This document shows positions 1 to 7,074 of a DNA stretch of 26,538 nucleotides, one piece after another. The first letter of the stretch is position 1; each line of letters begins with the position of its first letter. Source of the stretch: a virus (Duplodnaviria; Caudoviricetes); the IMG/VR virus record IMGVR_UViG_3300018070_000016, positions 1 to 26,538 of that record; one strand, given 5' to 3'. The notes beneath the pieces were generated by a model. It did not search any database, was not told where the DNA came from, and saw only the letters and a list, made by a program, of their open reading frames with translations. A program made the translations under genes and the position numbers.

Positions 1-48
1 AAGCTTTTCAATAGAGACAAGTTCAGGCTTCGGTATCTTGATACTCAT
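1..48 (-). CDS. 5' fragment of a gene running off the window (MSIKIPKPELVSIEKL...), possibly a ParB/Srx-like N-terminus
   Basis: ATG at 48-46 with purine-rich AAGGA upstream; open to the window edge; 'ELVSIEKL' resembles ParB-N starts, but only 16 codons are visible. Confidence 0.4.
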   Translation of the reverse strand, partial: MSIKIPKPELVSIEKL

Positions 49-90
49 TCTAATCTTGTTCCTTAATCTTAAATTCGTAAGTATCTTTAT

Positions 91-432
91 ATGACTTGCC
101 AAAGAAAGTTGAATACTGTGTCCGGTCTCGGAGAGGCTATTGAGCAAGTAGTTTGGGTTAAGAGCGCGCAGCAAGGCGCTCACGAATCCTTTGCGAGATA
201 TGAACATCCGGTAGAATATGATCTTCTGCTTCGTTGGATCAAGTTAGACGGGCAAGTACGAGAATTTCGCGGAAAGAAGCTTAGAATATTCTACTTTGGA
301 GCGTACAAATATTGGGTTACTCCTCCGTTTATGAATCGAGCGTTAAAGATGGGTGAGAACGTAGAGCACAGCGCCAGTGGTGAGGCTAGCGGTAACAGCA
401 ACAAGGATAGGACGCACGAAATCAGCCCATGA
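91..432 (+). CDS. hypothetical phage protein
   Basis: 113-aa ORF with a protein-like aromatic core (HESF..R...G....F.G....F...YKYW...MNRA); its 3' end overlaps the convergent 343..588 ORF. Confidence 0.5.
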   Translation: MTCQRKLNTVSGLGEAIEQVVWVKSAQQGAHESFARYEHPVEYDLLLRWIKLDGQVREFRGKKLRIFYFGAYKYWVTPPFMNRALKMGENVEHSASGEASGNSNKDRTHEISP

Positions 433-588
433 ACGCTGCACTTGAAGCTTTGACTCAATAGTCTTGACGCTTCCAACAAGCCCTGTTTGCATGTCGTCGC
501 CAATGAGAGCCGTCTTAATTTTATCAATATCAGTCCTGCACTGTTGAATGAGCGAAACGTATGGGCATCTCGGGTTAATATTAGCCAT
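343..588 (-). CDS. small membrane protein (coiled coil plus C-terminal TM helix; holin/XhlA-like architecture)
   Basis: GGAG RBS before the ATG; hydrophobic C-terminus FVRPILVAVTASLTTGAVLYVL. Confidence 0.7.
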   Translation of the reverse strand: MANINPRCPYVSLIQQCRTDIDKIKTALIGDDMQTGLVGSVKTIESKLQVQRSWADFVRPILVAVTASLTTGAVLYVLTHL

Positions 589-650
589 TTCGCAGATCTC
601 CGGTCCCTCTGACGTATAGAATCCCTCATATGGCTCTCTCAGCTTTTTCC

Positions 651-661
651 TTTTAAGCTTT
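651..661 (-). promoter_or_regulatory. putative BRE/TATA promoter AAAGCTTAAAA
   Basis: identical 11-mer also at 20379-20389 on the minus strand; both lie upstream of minus-strand genes. Confidence 0.4.
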
Positions 662-716
662 TCATAGACCTTGAAAAGTTCTATAAAGTGTGTATGTGTG
701 TGTTGTAGTGTATGTG

Positions 717-1175
717 TTAAGAGATCTCAGTTGCATTAATGTTAATGTCAAAACTGAACGTTGAGTTACTTGGAAACCAGTAGAGATTAGAGTTTGAGAT
801 CAGCGAGACTAGATATGGAGGCGAGACTTCGCCAACAAGAATCTTTGAGCCGACCGTATAGTTCCAAGTGCAGGAGAGCGCGGTTGAGATATTCCAAGGA
901 ACCCAATTTGACGTTGACATATCAAGAGTAACGTTAGTATTCTTCTCGTTTCTAACGTATGCTATGACGCCTTTAACCTCATTTGGTCCTATGACGCCCC
1001 AATCTATCATGGTCAACCTATTGGTGCATAGAGCGTCAGAATAGACTGAGACGCCTATACCCTTGACTCTGCCGACGTTTGAGATTCTGTACGAGTATGT
1101 TAGAACCACGATTGCAGCGATCACGACAGTTGCGACAAGAGCTATTCCTAGAGACTTTTCGAGTGTCGTAGCCAT
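717..1175 (-). CDS. membrane-anchored Ig-like surface protein of a type recalled from Bathyarchaeia
   Basis: N-terminal TM helix; motif V.VYSD..CT....IDWG...P......YVRNE.N..VTL....SNW.P.......WNY; several N-x-S/T sequons. Confidence 0.8.
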   Translation of the reverse strand: MATTLEKSLGIALVATVVIAAIVVLTYSYRISNVGRVKGIGVSVYSDALCTNRLTMIDWGVIGPNEVKGVIAYVRNEKNTNVTLDMSTSNWVPWNISTALSCTWNYTVGSKILVGEVSPPYLVSLISNSNLYWFPSNSTFSFDININATEIS

Positions 1176-1429
1176 TTACAATTCCTCAAATAGAAGTAAA
1201 GAGCTTCCAGAATTTAAACTCTAGGGAGGATGAGCCGAGTCTCGAATAGTTAGATGTTTTTTTCCTTTCTTCTTCCGCATACAATAAACAGATCTTAAAA
1301 TGCTTATATTGCCTTCTCGCCCTATAGAATTACGCTTTAACAGAAAAAGGATGTGAAAGGCCAACGGCAAAGCCCTCCACGCCGAGTAGTAAGCTTCTCA
1401 AGGCTAATAAGACTTGTGCAAGGTGTCCG

Positions 1430-1702
1430 ATTCTACCGAAAGAAGCAGCTAGCTTCAACATACTACGCAGAAAATTTGGCTATAGCATACAGGTGATCGC
1501 AAAGATCTTCGGCCGCAGCACCTCAACAGTCTCGCGCATTCTAAACTTTAACATCAAGCTTGGGCTTATGCGTAAGGTCGACTTGCGAAAATTACCCACA
1601 AGAATAAAGCATCTGCAGGCGCTCCGACAACATGCTACGCTCTTGCGGTACATAGAGCTTTGGACGCAATGGATTATCAGTGACGAGGGAAAACCGCCCT
1701 AA
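1430..1702 (+). CDS. helix-turn-helix DNA-binding protein (start uncertain, probably upstream of the GTG at 1493)
   Basis: frame open from 1328; LRRKFGYSIQVIAKIFGRSTSTVSRIL forms a complete HTH only if extended upstream of 1493; AGGTG RBS at 1421-1425 precedes an in-frame ATT at 1430. Confidence 0.7.
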   Translation: MLPKEAASFNILRRKFGYSIQVIAKIFGRSTSTVSRILNFNIKLGLMRKVDLRKLPTRIKHLQALRQHATLLRYIELWTQWIISDEGKPP

Positions 1703-1969
1703 TACGTTTTTAGACTCTTATATACTAACTTAGATTTCTAGTCGTAAGAAGAAGAAGAACATAATAATCTAGTAGATATCCAATATTCCTTTCCACTACC
1801 ATAGCATCGAAATGTCTTTTTTAGGCTTAAGATCTTCTCGTAATTTTCGCTTAATTGTTAATATGGTCCATAGCGCCATATGATCTAGTATAGTTACTAT
1901 TGTTTAGTCTATACTACTTGCTGAGAAGATAGCTTAGATTAGTTTTCTCGCTCTACGTCTTACGTTAGT

Positions 1970-1981
1970 AAAACTTATAAA
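1970..1981 (+). promoter_or_regulatory. archaeal BRE-TATA promoter (AAAAC-TTATAAA)
   Basis: canonical TTATAAA preceded by an A-rich BRE; would place the start site near 2003-2006. Confidence 0.6.
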
Positions 1982-1997
1982 GGTAGGCGCCTACCTT
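1980..1997. repeat. 18-bp perfect palindrome AAGGTAGGCGCCTACCTT, candidate operator
   Basis: equals its own reverse complement; directly abuts the TATA box. Confidence 0.9.
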
Positions 1998-2004
1998 AGA
2001 CTGA

Positions 2005-2405
2005 GGAAAAGAATGGCAGCGCAGAGCTAAAAGCGCTTTAGAGCTTAAGCGATCACGCGCGAAAGATGCACGTACCAACGGCAGTTGACTACGGAAGAAC
2101 CGAATAGCGCTCGGGCAGAGCCTCTAGCTAGATGCAAGCTAAGCCACGCAAAACGTGGTTGAGACGCTCGAGCGAAATTAGCCTCTTAGGATTCGGTTAC
2201 GACTGAAAGGTCGCATGGGCTGAGTGCATATCCACTAAAAGTAATGCGCCTAGAAAACGCTGCTGTAACTCAGCAAGTTTGATAACGAGCCGATCCTCGA
2301 TAAGAGGAGACCAACAAGAGCACTGATTAGCACATAATCAGCCACCACGTACTAAACAGAGTTACAGGAAAAACGGCGTCTAGCTTGCGTATTACTTTAA
2401 TTTTT
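2005..2405 (+). ncRNA. candidate large structured non-coding RNA of unknown class
   Basis: no ORF of 60 aa or more; at least 10 complementary pairings, several with G-U wobbles that work on the + strand; TATA upstream and T-tract downstream. Confidence 0.65.
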
Positions 2406-2407
2406 CT
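2392..2407 (+). terminator. T-rich archaeal-type terminator
   Basis: TTACTTTAATTTTTCT immediately after the last paired segment (2381-2390). Confidence 0.4.
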
Positions 2408-2486
2408 AACCCTCGAGCCAAGTCTGCTGAAAGTCCAAGCAGAAGATCTAAGATCTCTCGAGGAGGCGACAGAAGAAGGATTGTAA

Positions 2487-2729
2487 ATGGCAAATCAAAC
2501 CGTTTTTAAAGAGTCGCAAAAAAGCGACAAAGATTCTATAGAGGCGCAGAGATGCGATTTTACCTCTAGTGAAGATCTGGCAAAAGCAAACGCTCTAAAG
2601 AAGCTTCTCATGGGAGACGAGAAGCCAAAGCGCTTCGAGCCAGTATGCAATAACTGTTCTCCTCAAGTAGCTGCCGAATGCGATAACTTCGGCTGCGAGA
2701 AGGCGATGAAAAGGAGAAGGCTACAATGA
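2487..2729 (+). CDS. small Cys-rich (Zn-finger-like) protein
   Basis: CxxC...C....C near the C-terminus; ATGA overlap with the next gene. Confidence 0.75.
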   Translation: MANQTVFKESQKSDKDSIEAQRCDFTSSEDLAKANALKKLLMGDEKPKRFEPVCNNCSPQVAAECDNFGCEKAMKRRRLQ

Positions 2730-3085
2730 CAATGGCCAGAAACGATGCTAAGATGCATCAGATCTCGGAGAGACACGAGATCTCCGGAGAAGGAAAAATC
2801 TGCGAAGCTCGATACAGTAAATATGCGCTTCTAGTCGCTCGAATAGAGCTTCTTACTTACGATCTAGCTCAATTTAAGCGAGATCCAGAAAACCAAAAAG
2901 AGCTAGATAAAATGAAGGATATAGCTCTTAACGAAATCGAGAACAGTCAAGGATCCTGCTTAACAGCGTTCTTAGAAGCGTTTATCCTCGCAGATCTCGA
3001 GCATTCAACCATACTCTTACCTGTTTTTGAATATCTACGGAAGAAGCACAACTGGAGGAAAGCTTCTCCGTCAACATTCTGCTAA
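2726..3085 (+). CDS. hypothetical protein
   Basis: 119-aa ORF, translationally coupled, GGAG RBS. Confidence 0.75.
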   Translation: MTMARNDAKMHQISERHEISGEGKICEARYSKYALLVARIELLTYDLAQFKRDPENQKELDKMKDIALNEIENSQGSCLTAFLEAFILADLEHSTILLPVFEYLRKKHNWRKASPSTFC

Positions 3086-3102
3086 GAAAGGAGGTGAATA
3101 GA

Positions 3103-3987
3103 ATGGAAGGAAAAAACGACTCAATAAACTTCTATCAGCCACTTGACACCTGGAGAGACTACGGTATATTAGAGTATCCGATCGAGTTTAACGAAAAACA
3201 GAGCGGATACAAGGCCATAACTCGAAAGAATACGCTCATCGCAATAGTCTCAAACCGCTACAAAGTGCTACCTAACGAAGAGGCCGTTGAGATCGCAGAT
3301 CAAGCAGCAGAATCCGCCGGGTTAGTTCCTTTCACAGTCGACCATTTCGGAGAAGCAAAAGACTGGTATCAACCACTAAGCGACCACGTTATACTCGATC
3401 AAGGCGAAACACGCGTCCACGCTCTCTACGCGATTAACAAAAGCTTCACAGTCGGAGGCGAAAAAATGTTTCTAGGCGTAGGCGTCCACAACTCTATAGA
3501 CGGAACAATGGGCTTCGGCTGCGGAGTCTTCAGCTTCAGGCATGCATGCGCTAACATGGTATTCGCAGGGATGAGAGGATATATGCAGAGCTTTGACGAG
3601 AGAAAGACTCTAGCATACATCTATCGCAGACACGTTGGAGAGATCTTTGAAAGCGACAAGATACAAGCCGAATTAAAGATCTCAATAGAGGCAGTAATGA
3701 ACAAGGCTCAGAACATTCTCGAGGCCTACAGATTAATGGAGCGTCAAGAAGTAACGCTTGAAATCATCAAGAAACTTTGGAAGCAACCATTACCCGCAAA
3801 GATCTATCCGGAATGGATACCGTCAGAGAAAGGTCAAGCTCAGCTAGACGCGAAAGGCAAAAACGTTTGGGATCTCTACAACGCCTTCACAGCTAACATT
3901 TGGCATAACGAAAGCAGTTCAATCCGCACTAAGATGCACAACTTTACTTCGCTACATAAAGTCCTGACAATAGAGGTGAGACAATAA
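3103..3987 (+). CDS. DUF932-family (TIGR03299-like phage/plasmid) protein
   Basis: motifs VSNRYKVLPNEE, HNSIDG, ACANM, RRH, and WDLYNAFT near the C-terminus; GGAGGTG RBS favours the ATG at 3103. Confidence 0.8.
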   Translation: MEGKNDSINFYQPLDTWRDYGILEYPIEFNEKQSGYKAITRKNTLIAIVSNRYKVLPNEEAVEIADQAAESAGLVPFTVDHFGEAKDWYQPLSDHVILDQGETRVHALYAINKSFTVGGEKMFLGVGVHNSIDGTMGFGCGVFSFRHACANMVFAGMRGYMQSFDERKTLAYIYRRHVGEIFESDKIQAELKISIEAVMNKAQNILEAYRLMERQEVTLEIIKKLWKQPLPAKIYPEWIPSEKGQAQLDAKGKNVWDLYNAFTANIWHNESSSIRTKMHNFTSLHKVLTIEVRQ

Positions 3988-4244
3988 TGGCAATGCAAAT
4001 ACGCGAAGATAAACACCTACCAAATATGAGTAAGGTTCTAGAGAAGAAATGCAGTAACTGCCTATCCGCGCTCGTCTGCATACCTTTTCGTAACGCGATT
4101 AGAAACTTCAAGCAAGAATGGGATGAGAACAATAGCCCAATAGATCCGTTAGATCTCGCGAAGATCTGCAAGGCATACATACACAACTCAGTCAAACTTA
4201 TGGAGGAGGATATGAGGATTGACCGACAATATCGTAAAGGTTAA
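3987..4244 (+). CDS. small Zn-binding protein
   Basis: CSNC....VC ... C..Y pattern; TAATG coupling. Confidence 0.75.
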   Translation: MAMQIREDKHLPNMSKVLEKKCSNCLSALVCIPFRNAIRNFKQEWDENNSPIDPLDLAKICKAYIHNSVKLMEEDMRIDRQYRKG

Positions 4245-4398
4245 GATGAAGATAACGCCACATGACGATTCAAAATAGGCGTTTTCTCTATACTTTGAGA
4301 GTATTGAGGACGCGCAAAGATTTACCCTTTTTATTCAGCAACTAATCGAGAAGATAAAGGAGAGGGAGGCGATTAAACTTGACGGAAAAGAATCTTGA
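4219..4398 (+). pseudogene. 59-codon ORF interrupted by one in-frame TAG (4276-4278)
   Basis: GGAGGA RBS then TTG; MTDNIVKVKMKITPHDDSK*AFSLYFESIEDAQRFTLFIQQLIEKIKEREAIKLDGKES; fills the gap between its neighbours. Confidence 0.5.
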
Positions 4399-4846
4399 GC
4401 AACGCGTAGCTGAGCTTGAAAAAGTCGTTGACATAATGAAGGAAGCATTCTTTATGAGAATCGAAGCAGATGACGCAGCAAATACTAAGCTTCGTGTAGA
4501 TCTACGCTGCGATCCATTCAAGAATGCGAAAGTGCCACCGGTACAGAATCAGAATACTTCGCAGGAAGCATCTCAACCGACAGCAGATCCGCAGCCACCG
4601 CAGACGTCTGCAAATACAAAAGATTTTGACGTTGAACTTATAGAATGGGTTGGAAAAGAAAATGAGAACGGCAAATTCGATCTAGCGCGAGAAGCAGACA
4701 ATAAAGAAAATCCAAACTACATAAACTTGAGAGCATATCTAGCAAGACTACCGAAGAAAAGCGACTTTCTAGACGGCATGTTCTACTGGATTATGCGCGG
4801 AGAAGGCGACGCACTTGGAAGAAAGAAGACTCAAGGAAGACGTTGA
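4379..4846 (+). CDS. hypothetical protein (N-terminal coiled coil, Q/P/T-rich linker, C-terminal globular domain)
   Basis: 155-aa ORF with GGAGG RBS. Confidence 0.8.
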   Translation: MTEKNLEQRVAELEKVVDIMKEAFFMRIEADDAANTKLRVDLRCDPFKNAKVPPVQNQNTSQEASQPTADPQPPQTSANTKDFDVELIEWVGKENENGKFDLAREADNKENPNYINLRAYLARLPKKSDFLDGMFYWIMRGEGDALGRKKTQGRR

Positions 4847-5054
4847 GTATGAGCTACGTATGCAGCGCTTCATAAACGCTGCGCGCCTAATGTTTCATAC
4901 AAAGTTTCCCTCTTTAGAAAAGGATTTTGAGAAGTGCCTGGACGACATCTGCGACTGATATAGAAAAAATCGTAGAGACATGACTCTCAGAGCATTTCAT
5001 CAGATCTTGAAGAAGAATAACGTTGTGTTACCAGAAAAACGTAAGGAGGAATGA
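4815..5054 (+). pseudogene. 79-codon ORF interrupted by one in-frame TGA (4956-4958)
   Basis: MEERRLKEDVEYELRMQRFINAARLMFHTKFPSLEKDFEKCLDDICD*YRKNRRDMTLRAFHQILKKNNVVLPEKRKEE; final stop is 1 nt before the next ATG (5056). Confidence 0.5.
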
Positions 5055-5055
5055 T

Positions 5056-5259
5056 ATGGAAAAGAATAAGACTCCACTTGGAGAATCAAAGATCTCAAAG
5101 AAGTGGCAGATCTGCCTTATCTCGCAGGTTCAGCCACATCTTGACGTCAAAATAGGAGGAAAAATACGGTATATCTTACGAGATGGAAAGGTCTATTTGG
5201 AGGTGGTAAAGAATGAAAGCGAAAGAAATTCTACTCTTCAAAAATCAGGACGGACTTGA
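5056..5259 (+). CDS. AbrB/MazE/SpoVT-like DNA-binding protein
   Basis: SKISKKWQICL......HLDVKIGGKIRYILRDGKVYL matches the swapped-hairpin pattern; AGGAGG RBS before ATG 5056. Confidence 0.75.
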   Translation: MEKNKTPLGESKISKKWQICLISQVQPHLDVKIGGKIRYILRDGKVYLEVVKNESERNSTLQKSGRT

Positions 5260-5467
5260 AAAGAAGATCGTTCTCTATGCGAGCGCTGCGCGACTACTAA
5301 AGAAAATGGATATGAGCAAATCCGAGTTTATGGAAATGCTTAGAATCTATCTTTCAGTTAGCGGATTCGACGGCGCCTTCGTAAGCGTGAACGGTCCCAT
5401 AATAGAAATCGGTATGCTCAAAAAAGAGAAGCTAAGAGAGGTCGAGACTAATGCCAAGAAAGACTAA
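5213..5467 (+). CDS. hypothetical protein
   Basis: 84-aa ORF, GGAGGTG RBS. Confidence 0.75.
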   Translation: MKAKEILLFKNQDGLEKKIVLYASAARLLKKMDMSKSEFMEMLRIYLSVSGFDGAFVSVNGPIIEIGMLKKEKLREVETNAKKD

Positions 5468-5645
5468 GATACGCATAGCCGGAGAACCTGAACTCTGCGA
5501 GAAGATCGCGACCGTCATTCAACGCTTCTTCAAGATAGAAGCTCGACAAGAGTTTGAGGTCGCTATTGGACGCGACACAAGCCATACAACTCTTCAAGGA
5601 AAGACTATTTATCTTAACGTGGAGAAGGCGAATGAACCATGCTAA
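5451..5645 (+). CDS. hypothetical protein
   Basis: 64-aa ORF, GAGGT RBS, overlaps both neighbours. Confidence 0.7.
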   Translation: MPRKTKIRIAGEPELCEKIATVIQRFFKIEARQEFEVAIGRDTSHTTLQGKTIYLNVEKANEPC

Positions 5646-5947
5646 ACGATCTTGTAAACGTTGAAAAAGAGTTCCAGAAACTTCTGCAGATTCCGCAAAT
5701 TCAAGCGTTACTACCTAGATCTCCGAATATGCGCTATTGGGAGAACGGAAACTACATTTACGCCTGGACGACTGAGCGAGTGAAAGGAAAATTCTACGCT
5801 CTCAGATACAGAGTACGCAAAGACGGCTCATGGACTTTAAAGCAGAAGGCCAAATTCGGAAAACGTAGAGTCGCAAAAGCTAGAGCTAGAAAGTGGCTTC
5901 AGAACGCGACAAGAACCTTTCTTGTTAAGGAGGAAAGTAAACTATGA
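5639..5947 (+). CDS. basic hypothetical protein, possibly nucleic-acid binding
   Basis: 102 aa, strongly K/R-rich C-terminal half. Confidence 0.75.
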   Translation: MLNDLVNVEKEFQKLLQIPQIQALLPRSPNMRYWENGNYIYAWTTERVKGKFYALRYRVRKDGSWTLKQKAKFGKRRVAKARARKWLQNATRTFLVKEESKL

Positions 5948-6471
5948 ACAAAAAAACTCGAAAGAAGAAAATACCGTATATCAATACAGATATAACGCCG
6001 GAGAAAACTCAGGCAGAAATCAAGAAGCTTCTCGAAGATCATGGCATAGAGGATATTCAATGGACCACTTATCATGGTCAGACATACCTCGAGTTTATCT
6101 GGCATCTCGAGTTAGGAGGCGTCCAGAAGGAGATCTCATTTCGGTTTACGCTACCAACAATTCCAAGCACTAAACGCTCATGGACCGGCCTACGATACGA
6201 GAATATTATCGTTAATCTTCTAGCTCCAGCCTATCGTCTTCTCTGGCACTATCTCAAGAATAAGCTTGACTCTGTCGAATGGGGTCTAGAGACTATGGAG
6301 AAAGAGTTTTTCAGCCACGCAGTTGTCGCGTTACCAAGCGGAGAAAAAACGACTATTGGCGACCAGATCGGAAAGATCTATGAGCAAGTTAGCTCACCTG
6401 CGCTCGAGCATACGCCTTTAGATTCGAAGATTGTTGAAGCTGAAATCGTAAGTGAGGAGACCGATCAATAA
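5944..6471 (+). CDS. conserved-type phage hypothetical protein
   Basis: pattern Y.NT....EKT..EI..LL..HG ... YR.L..YLKNKL..VEWG..T.EKEF...LP.G..T recalled from phage proteins; GGAGG RBS. Confidence 0.8.
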   Translation: MNKKTRKKKIPYINTDITPEKTQAEIKKLLEDHGIEDIQWTTYHGQTYLEFIWHLELGGVQKEISFRFTLPTIPSTKRSWTGLRYENIIVNLLAPAYRLLWHYLKNKLDSVEWGLETMEKEFFSHAVVALPSGEKTTIGDQIGKIYEQVSSPALEHTPLDSKIVEAEIVSEETDQ

Positions 6472-6611
6472 TGGTTTTGCCATATGTAGATCTCTCTAAA
6501 TGCAAGCGATGCCCTCTCAAACAATTATGGATAAGAAACCATGAAGCGCATAAATGCTCTGATTTAATTATTGCTCAATGTATCAAGCAAGGAGTCTTCA
6601 ATAATGAATAA
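6471..6611 (+). CDS. 46-aa Cys-rich peptide (not in the ORF track)
   Basis: MVLPYVDLSKCKRCPLKQLWIRNHEAHKCSDLIIAQCIKQGVFNNE; TAATG coupling; GAGGAG RBS. Confidence 0.65.
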   Translation: MVLPYVDLSKCKRCPLKQLWIRNHEAHKCSDLIIAQCIKQGVFNNE

Positions 6612-7074
6612 AGAAGTGAGCCAAACCAAGCGGAAGCCTGAAACAAGCGTGAAAGCTTCACCAAAGCTAAAATCAAAAACAACATGCGAAATCGCTTACA
6701 ATTGTGGTAGATGTACGATAATGGATATTACTTCTTGTGAAAAGGGCGATAAAAACAAGAGGTGGGTTTCTGAGGCTGACCATCGAAAAGGCTTAGCCGA
6801 AAAGGACAAGCAAATCAAGGAAATACAAGAAGAGTTTAATTCTTACTGTGCTAAAACCCAAGCAAACTGCAATCATTGCGCTGTGAAGCATACTGAGAAA
6901 ATTGAGGTTCTTGAGGGGAGGCTTGAGGCAATCAGAAAGTATGTTGATGCGTTGGCTAAATATGAAGATTTACATGTAAGTGCCGAAACGATAGCGACAG
7001 AGCTTGGGGTTTTGCTTTCCACCTTTTTGCCGAAAAAGCTGGACCAAAAAATGGGTGAGGCTGAAACCAAATGA
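6604..7074 (+). CDS. hypothetical protein with Cys clusters and coiled coil
   Basis: start moved to ATG 6604 (AAGGAG RBS); C....CxxC......C and CxxC motifs. Confidence 0.75.
   Translation: MNKEVSQTKRKPETSVKASPKLKSKTTCEIAYNCGRCTIMDITSCEKGDKNKRWVSEADHRKGLAEKDKQIKEIQEEFNSYCAKTQANCNHCAVKHTEKIEVLEGRLEAIRKYVDALAKYEDLHVSAETIATELGVLLSTFLPKKLDQKMGEAETK

Noticed and set aside
291-629. 112-aa minus-strand ORF
   Set aside because: Overlaps the better supported 343..588 ORF (RBS, TM architecture) in another frame
2013-2030. Mini-ORF MAAQS after GAGG
   Set aside because: Five codons only and embedded in the first RNA helix; cannot be distinguished from chance
2001-2064. Hammerhead-like CTGAGGA ... GAAA
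   Set aside because: No stem II can form between the bases after CUGANGA and those before GAAA, and stems I and III are absent
2001-2445. RNase P or group I intron identity for the structured RNA (GAGGAAA, GAAAGTCC, GACTA fragments)
   Set aside because: The motif pieces are not contiguous or correctly ordered; no P4 or P7 partner strands were found and there are no flanking exons
4276-4278. Genome-wide TAG recoding (pyrrolysine or alternative code)
   Set aside because: TAG is the normal stop of many structural genes (ends at 8437, 8781, 10801, 12583, 19839, 20392, 20706, 23646, 24840)
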